From Candidatus Saccharimonadota bacterium (GTDB lineage Bacteria > Pseudomonadota > Gammaproteobacteria > Enterobacterales > Enterobacteriaceae): a stretch of DNA of 32,000 nucleotides. The stretch is from the NCBI RefSeq assembly GCF_964059045.1, contig NZ_OZ060402.1, positions 300,001 through 332,000 on the forward strand. The letters run 5' to 3'. The notes under the pieces were generated by a model that did not search any database, was not told the DNA's origin, and saw only the letters and a list, made by a program, of their open reading frames with translations. This document shows positions 19,266-29,417 of the stretch, piece after piece (positions within the stretch are counted from its first letter, which is position 1; every line of letters begins with the position of its first letter). The translations under genes and the position numbers were made by a program.

Positions 19266-20065
19266 ATGAATTGTTTTTTAAAAAAATTATATTGTAATAA
19301 ACAGTGTTTAACTGAATTTATAGGCACTGGATTAATTTTATTCATGAGTAGTAGTTATATTGCACTTTTATCTATCAATAACATAAACATTGAACCATGG
19401 ATAATAAATATTGTATTAAATATAAATCTAATAATTATTATTTATTGTAGTAAATCTATTTCAGGTGCTCATTTAAATCCTGCAATTACTATAATTTTTT
19501 ATTTATTTTTTCAATTTCCAAAAAAAAAAGTCATTCCTTATATTATTTCTCAAACTTTAGGTTCTTTTTTTTTTCTATTATATCATATCTAATTTTTAAT
19601 AAAATATTAATTATTTTTAATAATACATATTATATTATGAAACATCATTTAAATCATGTTTATTTTGTTTCTTTTTTTTCTTTATATGTAGAACATAATC
19701 ATTTATTGTTAGTAAATTTATTTATAGAATTACTAATTTCCGCTATTTTTATAATTTTTATTATTTTTTTAAATGAGTATAAAGATTATTTTATTTTAAA
19801 TCATATTGATTGTTCTCCATTAATTATTGGTTTAGTTTTAATTATTATTAATAATACAATTGGTAATAATATAGTTTTTTGTTTAAATCCAGCTTTAGAT
19901 TTAAGTCCTAAAATTTTTTCTTTATTAAATATTTATTTAAGAAATTTATATTTAATAAATATCCCAAATTTATTTTCTTTTTTTTTTATACCAATCATTG
20001 GTCCTATATTAGGGTTTATAATAGGTGTGTACGGATATAATTTTATCCATAAAATTTTTAAATAA
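19266..20065 (+). pseudogene. glpF: glycerol uptake facilitator (aquaglyceroporin), interrupted by a frameshift in a T10 run
   Basis: ORF 19266-19592 matches E. coli GlpF residues ~1-105 (TEFIGTGL, SGAHLNPAITI). ORF 19637-20065 matches ~118-260 (second NPA: CLNPALDLSPK). The two are in different frames. The second frame is open back to 19592, and its translation (IFNKILIIFNNTYYIM) stays colinear with GlpF. One extra T in the run 19565-19574 would give a continuous 266-aa protein. Confidence 0.85.
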
Positions 20066-20093
20066 ATATACATATAAAAATTTTAATATATAG

Positions 20094-20870
20094 TTAATGT
20101 AATTGAGATAATTTTATAATTGTAGAAAACGTATTATATTGCAATGCAGCTCCTCCAATTAATACACCATCTACATCTTGTTCTTTTAAAATAATTTTTA
20201 TATTTTTTTCGTTAACTGATCCTCCATATATAAATAGTGTATTAGTGTGTTCACTATGATTAACAATTTTTATTTTATTTATATAATTTTTTATGTATTG
20301 ATGAATATTGTTAATATATTCTGGATCAGGAATAATACCTGTACCTATAGACCAAATAGGTTCATATGCAATTATAGAACGATCAAATGCATTATCACCA
20401 CAAAGATTAAATATTAAATCTAATTGTTTTTGAATAATAATTTTAGTTTTATTTTTTAATTTTTCGTTTTTGTTTTCACCAATGCATAAAATTGGAATAC
20501 AATTAAATTTTTTAATTAATTGAAATTTTTTAGCAACTAACATATCATCTTCATGATGATTTTTTCTTCTTTCAGAATGACCTAATAAAACATATTTAAT
20601 GCCAATATCTTTTAACATTAAAATAGAAGTTTCTCCAGTAAAAGCCCCTGAACAATTTAAATCAATATTTTGAGATCCTAAAACAATATTTTTTTGATAA
20701 ATTATTTTATAAATATAATCTAAATATAAATTTGGAGGTAATATAATAATAGTATTATGAATAGAGTTATTTATTATGAAATCAGTTAATGGTATAAACA
20801 TATCATGAATAGATTTTTTATTACCATTTAATTTCCAATTACCTATAATTACAGGTTTTTGAATTTTCAT
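20094..20870 (-). CDS. tpiA: triose-phosphate isomerase
   Basis: 258 aa versus 255 aa in E. coli. Motifs: IGNWKLNG, SGAFTGETS, LGHSERR, AYEPIWSIGTG, YGGSV. AAGGT SD upstream of the ATG. Confidence 0.95.
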   Translation of the reverse strand: MKIQKPVIIGNWKLNGNKKSIHDMFIPLTDFIINNSIHNTIIILPPNLYLDYIYKIIYQKNIVLGSQNIDLNCSGAFTGETSILMLKDIGIKYVLLGHSERRKNHHEDDMLVAKKFQLIKKFNCIPILCIGENKNEKLKNKTKIIIQKQLDLIFNLCGDNAFDRSIIAYEPIWSIGTGIIPDPEYINNIHQYIKNYINKIKIVNHSEHTNTLFIYGGSVNEKNIKIILKEQDVDGVLIGGAALQYNTFSTIIKLSQLH

Positions 20871-20961
20871 TTTGGTTACCTTGTTTATTTTGATTAAAAT
20901 GGATGAAAATAAGCTATTATTTTAAAAAAAATAGAAGCTTATTTTCCCGTTTAAAATTCAT

Positions 20962-21257
20962 TTAATTTTTTATAACGAGTTCAGTAACATATATTTTTAA
21001 AATTCCTCAATTTTTACTTGGTTTTCAAGAAGGAACTTACTATTAATGCATTATAGTGACTTTTCTATTTTTCAAATTTTAGAAATAGCGTGATACACTA
21101 TAATGTAAAGCAAAACTACAAAATTTTCTAATCTCTATTTTTTTTTGATTACATATAGAAATATTAATATATTCTAATATTTTTTTACTATTTTTTTAAT
21201 AATTTTCATTGAAATATTTTTTTATTAATTTTTTTAAAATAATTCTGATTTAGTCAT
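20962..21257 (-). pseudogene. ihfB: integration host factor beta subunit relic (multiple frameshifts and in-frame stops)
   Basis: Translated by hand on the minus strand. AGAGG SD, then ATG at 21257, then MTKSEL (identical to E. coli IhfB), then a stop. After frame changes come KNISMKIIKKIVKK and ILEYINISICNQKKIEIRKFCSFALHYSVSRYF*NLKNRKVTIMH***VPS*KPSKN*GILKIY, versus E. coli [66 protein letters not shown]. No ORF is tracked here. The low-coordinate end is approximate. Confidence 0.8.
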
Positions 21258-21334
21258 AAAACCTCTATATAAAATTTTTAACTTGTTAAATAAAAATTTT
21301 TAAATATCATTTTTTTATATGATTGAATCATAAA

Positions 21335-23014
21335 TTATTCATCTGTATTTTTAGCAGCCTTGAATGCTTCAAACATTACATTAGAAAATTTTTTTTCAAT
21401 TAATTCTTTTTTTTCATTATTTAATGAATTTTGATTATATATTTCTTTTTTCGTTTCAATAGATAAATTCATAATTCTTTTTTTGCGATCAACACTATGT
21501 AATTTAACTTTGATTTCATCACCAATGTTTAAATTTGAAATAAAATCTTCATTTTGACTACTTGACGTATCTAAAAATTTTAGAGTTCCTTCAACATCTT
21601 TAGATAATTTTAAAATTACTTTTTTCTTATCTAAATATTTTATAGTTCCTACAACTATAGAATTTTTTTTGTGTTCTGAAATATAATTATTAAATGGATC
21701 TTCTTCTAATTGTTTAATACCTAATGATATACGTTCTCTTTCAGCATCGACTTGTAATACAACAGCAAAAATTTCATCATTTTTTTTATAAGCATTAACA
21801 GCCTCTTCTCCAGGTATAATCCAAGAAATATCAGATAAATGTACTAATCCATCAATGCCACCTTTTAATCCAATAAAAATACCAAAATCAGTAATGGATT
21901 TTATTTTTCCATTTACTTTAGTTCCTTTAGCATGAGTTTCTGAAAATAATTTCCAAGGATTCTCTTTGCATTGTTTTAATCCTAATGAAATTCTTCTTCT
22001 ATCTTCATCAATATCTAAAACCATAACTTCCACTGAATCATTAACAGTAACTACTTTAGAAGGATGAATATTTTTATTTGTCCAATCCATTTCTGATACA
22101 TGTACTAGTCCTTCAACGCCTTCTTGTATTTCTACAAAACAACCATAATCCGTTAAATTAGTGACTTTTCCTATGATTCTGGTTCCTTCTGGATAACGCT
22201 TAGCAATTTCTACCCATGGGTCTTTTCCTAATTGTTTTAATCCTAATGAAACACGAGTACGATCACGATCAAACTTAAGTATTTTGACTGTAATTTCATC
22301 ACCTATTACAACTATTTCACTAGGATGTTTGACTCTTTTCCAAGCCATGTCAGTGATATGTAATAACCCATCAACACCTCCTAAATCAACAAATGCTCCA
22401 TAATCAGTTAAATTTTTTACTATTCCTTTAACATCCATTCCTTCTTGTAAGTTTTCTAATAAATAATTTCGTTCAGCACTATTTTCTGATTCTATAACTG
22501 CTCTACGTGATACTACTACATTATTTCTTTTTTGATCTAATTTAATTACTTTAAAATCTAATTCTTTACCTTCTAAATGGATGGTATCACGTACTGGTCT
22601 TACATCTACTAATGATCCTGGTAAAAAGGCACGAATGTCATTAAGTTCAACAGTAAATCCACCTTTAACTTTTCCATTAATAATACCAACTACTGTATCT
22701 GATTTAGAATAAGCTTTTTCTAAAATTAACCATGCTTCATGTCTCTTAGCTTTTTCACGAGATAAAATTGTTTCACCAAATCCATCTTCAATTGCATCTA
22801 GAGCAACATCTACAGTATCTCCAATTTTTACATCTAATTTACCTTGATTGTTTTTAAATTGTTCAATTGGAATTGCTGATTCAGATTTTAATCCTGCATC
22901 AACTATTACTACTTCTTTTTCTATAGAAACTACAATTCCATTAATAATTGAACCTGGTTTAGTTTCAATTTCTTTTAATGATTGTTCAAAAAGTTGTGCA
23001 AAGGATTCTGTCAT
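21335..23014 (-). CDS. rpsA: 30S ribosomal protein S1
   Basis: 559 aa versus 557 aa in E. coli, with very high identity throughout ([10 protein letters not shown]..., repeated S1 domains, [21 protein letters not shown]). No Shine-Dalgarno is seen upstream, as in E. coli rpsA. Confidence 0.97.
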   Translation of the reverse strand: MTESFAQLFEQSLKEIETKPGSIINGIVVSIEKEVVIVDAGLKSESAIPIEQFKNNQGKLDVKIGDTVDVALDAIEDGFGETILSREKAKRHEAWLILEKAYSKSDTVVGIINGKVKGGFTVELNDIRAFLPGSLVDVRPVRDTIHLEGKELDFKVIKLDQKRNNVVVSRRAVIESENSAERNYLLENLQEGMDVKGIVKNLTDYGAFVDLGGVDGLLHITDMAWKRVKHPSEIVVIGDEITVKILKFDRDRTRVSLGLKQLGKDPWVEIAKRYPEGTRIIGKVTNLTDYGCFVEIQEGVEGLVHVSEMDWTNKNIHPSKVVTVNDSVEVMVLDIDEDRRRISLGLKQCKENPWKLFSETHAKGTKVNGKIKSITDFGIFIGLKGGIDGLVHLSDISWIIPGEEAVNAYKKNDEIFAVVLQVDAERERISLGIKQLEEDPFNNYISEHKKNSIVVGTIKYLDKKKVILKLSKDVEGTLKFLDTSSSQNEDFISNLNIGDEIKVKLHSVDRKKRIMNLSIETKKEIYNQNSLNNEKKELIEKKFSNVMFEAFKAAKNTDE

Positions 23015-23129
23015 ATTAATAATCTTAGAATGTTTTTAAATATTATGTCTTTATTAACATCATGTTAACAAGAATTATTATTAGTTCCAATAGATTATCC
23101 ATTCTATGGTATGATAAAATTTTTATAAT

Positions 23130-23816
23130 TTATGAAGAAAAATAATTTTTTATATATTTTAAAGATATATTTAAAGTTTCTTTAATTCCTATTTTTGTTG
23201 AATTCAACATGATAGCATTTTTAGCTGGTATTAAAGGAGATGATTCTCTTTTACAATCAATATTATCACGGTTTTTCATTTCTAATAAAAGTTGATTAAA
23301 ATTAACATTAAAGCCAGATTCTTGCAACTCTCTCATTCTTCTTGAAACACGAATTTTTAAGTTTGCATACAAAAAAAATTTTATACATGCATCAGGAAAA
23401 ACTATAGTACCCATATCACGACCATTAGCAATTAATCCAGGTAATCGTCGAAAACATCTTTGTGTTTTTAAAAGTGTTTTTCGAAGATTAGGGAAAATTG
23501 CTAATTGTGCAGCAACATTGCTAACATTGTTAGAAATGATTTCATGAGAAATATTTTTTCCATCGAGAAAAATTAATGTTTTATTATATTTTTGAAGTAA
23601 ATTAATTTTTAATTTGTTCGCACAAAATATAATATTATTTTCTACAAGTGGAATGTGATTATTTATAACAATCCATGCTAATATTCTATAAATTATTCCA
23701 GATTCTAATATATTCCAATTTAATATTTTTGCTATTTTTGTACATAATGTACTTTTTCCTGCAGCACTAGGACCGTCAACTGTAATTACAGGTACAATAT
23801 TCATTACTATACTCAT
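23130..23816 (-). CDS. cmk: (d)CMP kinase
   Basis: Motifs: P-loop VITVDGPSAAGKST, SGIIYR, LPGLIANGRDMGTIVFPDA, RD..D..R.SSPLIPA. The start could instead be the Met at 23804 (MNIVPVITVDG aligns better in length with E. coli MTAIAPVITIDG). Confidence 0.9.
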   Translation of the reverse strand: MSIVMNIVPVITVDGPSAAGKSTLCTKIAKILNWNILESGIIYRILAWIVINNHIPLVENNIIFCANKLKINLLQKYNKTLIFLDGKNISHEIISNNVSNVAAQLAIFPNLRKTLLKTQRCFRRLPGLIANGRDMGTIVFPDACIKFFLYANLKIRVSRRMRELQESGFNVNFNQLLLEMKNRDNIDCKRESSPLIPAKNAIMLNSTKIGIKETLNISLKYIKNYFSS

Positions 23817-24024
23817 AATAATTTTATTTAAAAATACAATTTATATTATTTAAATTATTATTTTTCTTATATTTTTATTATTTTTACAATTATTATATAT
23901 AATATTTTTAAAATACTATATATTAATAATTTGTATTGTTATATAAAAATTAATTAATAATTTGTATTATATGATTTTAATTTTTAGATTTAATAAAAAA
24001 TTTTATATATCATAAATCTCATTT

Positions 24025-25311
24025 TTAATAACTAATTTTTTTAAATGTTTCAAAATATTTTGGAAATGTTTTTTTAGTACATTGTGGATTTAAAATAGTG
24101 ATATCAATATTAGCTAAAGCTAACAATGAAAAACACATAGCAATACGATGATCGTTATAAGTATTAATTGTAGCACTAGAAAATTTTTCAGGAGGTGTAA
24201 TAGATAAAAAATCCTTGCCTTCTTCTACAATAGCTCCTATTTTTCTTAATTCTGTTGACATGGCTGATAAACGATCTGTTTCTTTCACTCTCCAATTATA
24301 AATATTTTGTATTGAAGATTGACCAACAGCAAATAATACGACAATTGCTAATGTCATTGCGACGTCAGGAACATTATTCATATTAATACAAATATTATTT
24401 AATCTATTTCTAGCACAAGTAATATAATTATCCCCCCATATAATACTAGCTCCCATTTTTTCTAATATTTTTGCAAAGTAGATATCTCCTTGAATACTAT
24501 TTTTTCCAACACCATGAACTGTTACTGATCCACCTTTAATAGCTGCTGCAGCTAAGAAATAGGAAGCAGAAGATGCATCACCTTCAATAAAACATTCTCC
24601 TTCAGGTGTTCTATATTCCTGATTTCCTTGAATAAAAAAAGATTGATAAGAATTATGTTTTATTTTAATTCCAAATTTTTTCATTAAATTGATTGTTAAA
24701 TCCACATAAGGTTTGGAAACAAGTTCTCCAATAATAACAATATTTGTATCTAATATTGCTAAAGGAGCTGCTATTAAAATAGCAGTTAAAAATTGGCTTG
24801 AAATATCTCCACTTAATTTTATTGATCCACCTATAAAACCACCTTTAATTAAAACAGGAGGATACAATTCTTGACTAGTATATTCTATTATTGCCCCAGA
24901 TTGTCTTAAAGCTTCTACTAAATGTTGAATTGGGCGTTCTTGCATTCTAGGATCACCAGTTAACACTATATTATTTTTTCTTAATGATAATACTGCTATT
25001 AAAGGTCTCATAACAGTACCTGCATTACCTACAAAAATTGATAAATATTTTTTTTGCTCTAATAGATCAATACCTTTTCCATAAATTAAACAAGCTGTGT
25101 TTTTTTTAGAAAGAATATATTTTACACCTAATAATTTTAAAGCATTTAACATATATTTTGTATCATCACAATCTAATAAATTATTAATATATGTTTTAGA
25201 TTTCGATAAAGCTGATAATAATAATACACGATTTGAAATGCTTTTTGAACCTGGTAAATCAATACTACCTTTAATATAATTAATTGGTTTTAAAATTAAA
25301 GCATCATTCAT
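24025..25311 (-). CDS. aroA: 3-phosphoshikimate 1-carboxyvinyltransferase (EPSP synthase)
   Basis: 428 aa versus 427 aa in E. coli. Motifs: [65 protein letters not shown]. Confidence 0.95.
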   Translation of the reverse strand: MNDALILKPINYIKGSIDLPGSKSISNRVLLLSALSKSKTYINNLLDCDDTKYMLNALKLLGVKYILSKKNTACLIYGKGIDLLEQKKYLSIFVGNAGTVMRPLIAVLSLRKNNIVLTGDPRMQERPIQHLVEALRQSGAIIEYTSQELYPPVLIKGGFIGGSIKLSGDISSQFLTAILIAAPLAILDTNIVIIGELVSKPYVDLTINLMKKFGIKIKHNSYQSFFIQGNQEYRTPEGECFIEGDASSASYFLAAAAIKGGSVTVHGVGKNSIQGDIYFAKILEKMGASIIWGDNYITCARNRLNNICINMNNVPDVAMTLAIVVLFAVGQSSIQNIYNWRVKETDRLSAMSTELRKIGAIVEEGKDFLSITPPEKFSSATINTYNDHRIAMCFSLLALANIDITILNPQCTKKTFPKYFETFKKISY

Positions 25312-25380
25312 AATTTATATCTCTGTTTATATTATTATTAATTTAAATTACAATATGTTAATATATAAAAATATTTATTA

Positions 25381-26466
25381 TTAACCATATCTTTTTTCAA
25401 AATAAATCATAAATTTAATTAATGCATATATTCCGTCTATAGGCATAGAATTATAAATTGAAGCTCTGATCCCTCCTAATATTTTATGATTTTTCAAAAA
25501 TAATAAACCAAAATTGGTTGATTCTGTAAGAAACAAAAGTTCTAATGATGGATCAATAAGTCTAAAAACAATATTCATAATAGATCTATTATCACAATGT
25601 ATATCATTAATATAAAAATCACTATTGTCTATTAAAGAATATAATAAATATGCTTTTTTTTTGTTAATTTTTTCTATTTCTTTTATTCCTCCATTTTTTT
25701 TTAACCATTTAAAGACTAAGCCACATAAATACCAAGAAAAAGTTGGAGGTGTATTGAACATCGAATCATGAGTTAGTAAAATTTTATAATCTAAAATAGA
25801 AGGAGTATTTTGCTTTGATTGTTTAATTAAATCTTCTTTAATAATGATTAAAGTAATACCAGATGGACCTATATTTTTTTGAGCACTGGCATAAATTAAT
25901 GAATAATTTTCTATTTTAATAGATTGAGATAAAATACAAGAAGATAAATCACATATGATATGTTTATTAATAAATTTTGGTTCTTCAGGAATAAATATCC
26001 CACTGATGGTTTCATTTTGACAATAATGAATATAATTGGAATTAGGATTTGTTTTCCATTCTTTCATAGGTATAACTATTTTTTTATTATCAATTTTTTT
26101 TACAACGTTGATTTTGTTAACTATACAATATTTTTCTGCTTCTTTCGAAGCAGAAGAAGACCAATATCCACTACAAATATAATCTGCAATATCATTTTTA
26201 TTTAATAAGTTCATTGGAATTACTGAAAATTGACCTCTAGCTCCTCCTTGAGAAAATAATATTTTATAATTTTTCGGAACATTTAATAATATTCTTAAAT
26301 TTTCTTCTGTTTGTTCTACCATGTTTAAAAAATTTTGACTTCTATGACTGATTTCCATCATAGAATAGGAATAATTATTCCAATTTAAAAAATTATTCTG
26401 TGCTTCGATCATTACTTCTTTCGGTAACATTGAAGGACCGGCGCTAAAATTATAAATTTTATTCAT
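25381..26466 (-). CDS. serC: 3-phosphoserine / phosphohydroxythreonine aminotransferase
   Basis: Motifs: IYNFSAGPSMLP, SHRSQNF, YASAQKNIGPSGIT (PLP lysine), MFNTPPTFSWY, GGIRASIYNSMP. Start placed at ATG 26466 (MNKIYNFSAGP). The tracked ORF begins 5 codons earlier at a TTG. Confidence 0.93.
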   Translation of the reverse strand: MNKIYNFSAGPSMLPKEVMIEAQNNFLNWNNYSYSMMEISHRSQNFLNMVEQTEENLRILLNVPKNYKILFSQGGARGQFSVIPMNLLNKNDIADYICSGYWSSSASKEAEKYCIVNKINVVKKIDNKKIVIPMKEWKTNPNSNYIHYCQNETISGIFIPEEPKFINKHIICDLSSCILSQSIKIENYSLIYASAQKNIGPSGITLIIIKEDLIKQSKQNTPSILDYKILLTHDSMFNTPPTFSWYLCGLVFKWLKKNGGIKEIEKINKKKAYLLYSLIDNSDFYINDIHCDNRSIMNIVFRLIDPSLELLFLTESTNFGLLFLKNHKILGGIRASIYNSMPIDGIYALIKFMIYFEKRYG

Positions 26467-26633
26467 TTTTTGACCTATCAATGATCATTATTTTTGTAAT
26501 CAAGATAATAATTAAACAAATAATTATTAAAAATATAATATTATTAAAAATAATATGCATTAAAAATACAATATATATTACATTAATTAAAAAATAATTA
26601 TCTATCATTATATAAATAAAACATTAAAATCAT

Positions 26634-27926
26634 TTATTCAATATAATCTAAACCATTCATATATTTTTTTCTTAATATCGTTGGTATTTTTATTTTTCCA
26701 TCTTTACATTGGTAATTTTCTAATATTGCAGCTAATGTTCTCCCAACTGCTAGACCAGAACCATTAACAGTATGTAATAAAAAATTTTTTTTAAGATTTA
26801 AATTCCGATATCTAGCTTTCATTCTTCTTGATTGAAAATCTAACATATTGGAACAAGAAGAAATTTCTCTATATTTATTTTGAGCAGGGAACCAAACTTC
26901 TAGATCATATGTTTTAGTTGAAGCAAAACCTAAATCACCACAACATAACAAAATTTTTCTATACGGTAATTCTAATAATCTTAATACTTTTTCTGCATGC
27001 AAAGTTAATAGTTCAAGAGTTTTCATAGAATATTCTGGTTTAACAATTTGAACTAATTCTATTTTATCAAATTGATGTAATCTAATTAATCCTTTAACAT
27101 CTTTTCCATAAGAAGCGGATTCAGAACGAAAACAAGGACTATGTGCTACAAATTTTAATGGTAATTCTGATTCATTTAAAATTTTATTTCGCACAATATT
27201 GGTTAATGGTACTTCTGCTGTAGGAATTAATACATAATTATTTTTACAATTTTTGTTATCTGATTCAATATGAAATAAATCCTTGCTGAATTTAGGTAAT
27301 TGTCCAGTACCAAATAAACTTTGTTGATTAACTAAATATGGAACATAAGTTTCTAAATATTCATGTTCATTAGTATGTAAATCTAACATAAACTGAATTA
27401 ATGCACGATGTAAATAAGCAATCTTTCCCTTCATAACAATAAAACGAGATCCTGATATTACAGTGGATGCATGTAAATCAAAACCATTTAATTGCTCACC
27501 TAAATCAATATGATTTTTGATGATAAAATTATATTTTGGTATTTCCCCCCATTTCATTATTTCTTGATTACAAACTTCTGTTTTCCCGTTTGGTATATTA
27601 TCATCTGGAATATTAGGTATATCTAAAAATATTTTTTTAATTTTATTTTGTAAAATATTTAATTTTTCTTTATAAATATTTAAATTTTTATTTATAATGA
27701 TAACTTTTTGATATAATAATTGAGTATCTTCTTGAAGAATTTTAGATTGTCCAATTAATTTAGATAAAATATTATTTTTTTCTTGTAATTTTTCAGTTTT
27801 AATTTGTAATTTTTTTCTTATTTTTTCCATAGATTCGATTTTTTCTATATCTAAAACAAAACCTCTTCGTAATAATTTTTTTTTAACAGTATTCAATTGA
27901 TATCGTAATAAATTAGGATCTAACAT
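26634..27926 (-). CDS. serS: serine--tRNA ligase
   Basis: 430 aa, the same length as E. coli SerS. It has an N-terminal coiled-coil arm and class II core motifs (LIPTAEVPLTN, FRSE, RLHQFDKIE, GSGLAVGRTLAAILENYQ). Confidence 0.95.
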   Translation of the reverse strand: MLDPNLLRYQLNTVKKKLLRRGFVLDIEKIESMEKIRKKLQIKTEKLQEKNNILSKLIGQSKILQEDTQLLYQKVIIINKNLNIYKEKLNILQNKIKKIFLDIPNIPDDNIPNGKTEVCNQEIMKWGEIPKYNFIIKNHIDLGEQLNGFDLHASTVISGSRFIVMKGKIAYLHRALIQFMLDLHTNEHEYLETYVPYLVNQQSLFGTGQLPKFSKDLFHIESDNKNCKNNYVLIPTAEVPLTNIVRNKILNESELPLKFVAHSPCFRSESASYGKDVKGLIRLHQFDKIELVQIVKPEYSMKTLELLTLHAEKVLRLLELPYRKILLCCGDLGFASTKTYDLEVWFPAQNKYREISSCSNMLDFQSRRMKARYRNLNLKKNFLLHTVNGSGLAVGRTLAAILENYQCKDGKIKIPTILRKKYMNGLDYIE

Positions 27927-28464
27927 AGAATATATATATATTTAAAGGATATTATATAAAGTATACTTATTTTTTTTATATTTCTCTATTTTTAGTTAAA
28001 AGAATTATTGAATATAATAATTAATACAATATTTTTAATGAAGACTATTAAAAATATATACATTTTTGAAAAAATTCAAAAATTAAAAATTTATAAAAAT
28101 TAAAATTAAAATATATATTTAGGAAAATATATATTTATATTATAGATGAATAAATATTTTTATAAAATAATTTGTTGTAATAAAATATTAAAAAATAATG
28201 ATTTCTTTTTTTATGCTAAAATGTTAAATTTATTATATCGATAATATATTCATTATTTTAAATAAATATATTGATATAATTAACATTTATTAAAAATTAT
28301 TTTAATTATTAATACACAATCATAATTATTATAAATAAATATTTTTATATTATTATCACTAAAAACCTATCATTAAAAATCATTTATATTAATATAATTT
28401 ATTTATGTGTATTATTTATAAATATCCATTAAAAAAAATAAACTAATAAAAAAGAGAAAAAATT

Positions 28465-29417
28465 ATGATAAAAAAAAAATTAAAAATAAATTAATTATTA
28501 TAGGTTCAGGACCTGCTGGTTATACAGCTGCAATTTATGCTGCCAGAGCTAATTTATCACCAGTGTTAATTACTGGAAAAAATCCAGGAGGTCAATTAAC
28601 TACAACTAATGAAATTGAAAATTGGCCTGGAGATATAAATAAAATAACTGGATTAGAATTAATGAATCGTATGAATCAACATTCACTAAAATTTAATACT
28701 AGTATTATTTCTGATTTTATTCATACAGTTAAATTCAATTGTTCACCATTTAAATTATTTGGAGAAGAATACGAATATAGTGCTAATTGTTTAATTATTG
28801 CCACCGGCTCTACAGCAAAATATTTAGGTTTAAAATCTGAAAAAAACTTTTTAGGGAAAGGTGTATCAACATGCGCTACTTGCGATGGTTTTTTTTATAA
28901 AGAAAAAATAGTAGCGGTTATTGGTGGAGGCAATACTGCTGTTGAAGAAGCATTATATTTATCTAATATAGCATCAAAAGTCTATTTAATTCATCGTCAG
29001 GAAAAACTAAAAGCTGAAAAAATTTTAATAACACGATTATTAGAAAAAATAAAAAATAATAAAATAATTTTTTACAACAACACGATTGTTCTAGATATTT
29101 TAGGTGATGAAATATCAATAAAAAAAATTAAGATTAAAAATAACAAAAATAATATTCAAGAAATTAATATATCTGGTATTTTTGTTGCAATTGGACATAA
29201 TCCAAATTCTAATATCTTTAAAGATCAATTAAAATTAAAAAATGGATATATCCAAGTTGATTGTAATTCACATAAAAATTCAACTCAAACTAGTATTCCA
29301 GGAATATTTGCTGCTGGTGATGTAATAGATCATCATTATCGTCAAGCTATTACAGCTGCTTCAACAGGCTGTATGGCTGCTTTAGATGCTGAAAAATATT
29401 TAGACAGTATCTTTTAA
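28465..29417 (+). CDS. trxB: thioredoxin-disulfide reductase, reading frame interrupted in an A10 run 5 nt after the start codon
   Basis: An AAGAG SD precedes ATG 28465. That frame stops after 9 codons (MIKKKLKIN*). The long ORF frame is open from 28422 and encodes [30 protein letters not shown] (FAD GxGxxG motif) upstream of the tracked GTG 28563, but it has no ATG/GTG/TTG start there. One extra A in the run 28470-28479 joins the ATG to the long frame, giving 317 aa versus 321 aa in E. coli. Downstream motifs are intact: redox CATCDG and [10 protein letters not shown]. Confidence 0.85.

Noticed and set aside
19593-19636. The gap between the two glpF ORFs as a true intergenic spacer, meaning a deliberately split channel of two 3-TM half-proteins (the break falls near the boundary of the two aquaporin repeats)
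   Set aside because: The second frame is open across the whole gap and stays colinear with GlpF there. No SD precedes ATG 19637. A single T insertion in the T10 run restores one continuous protein. A frameshift is the simpler reading.
21047-21107. Nested hairpins (cattatagtg/cactataatg enclosing ctattttt/agaaatag) in a less A/T-rich island, which first looked like a structured small RNA
   Set aside because: The island translates into IHF-beta. The two 10-nt arms encode LHYSV and VTIMH of the ihfB relic. The higher G+C is explained by recently lost coding constraint, so an sRNA call is not justified without expression data.
23922-23968. 16-nt direct repeat attaataatttgtatt (23922-23937 and 23953-23968) in the aroA-cmk spacer
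   Set aside because: It is short, has only two copies, is nearly pure A/T and sits in low-complexity DNA, which fits replication slippage or chance. There are no flanking features of a mobile element or CRISPR.
3635-26205. Other short antisense or overlapping ORFs in the track (3635-3832, 14461-14670, 17609-17809, 18339-18524, 22848-23039, 25097-25279, 25960-26205)
   Set aside because: Each is 60-81 aa and fully nested in, or overlapping the start of, a strongly conserved gene on the other strand (pgl, sucA, gpmA, pfkA, rpsA, aroA, serC). None has a recognisable domain. All are treated as chance or shadow ORFs.
28563-29417. The tracked ORF start (GTG 28563) as the real trxB start
   Set aside because: A product starting there would lack the GSGPAG FAD-binding motif, which is clearly encoded in the same frame upstream (28503-28520). 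The SD-preceded ATG at 28465 sits one frame off across an A10 run.
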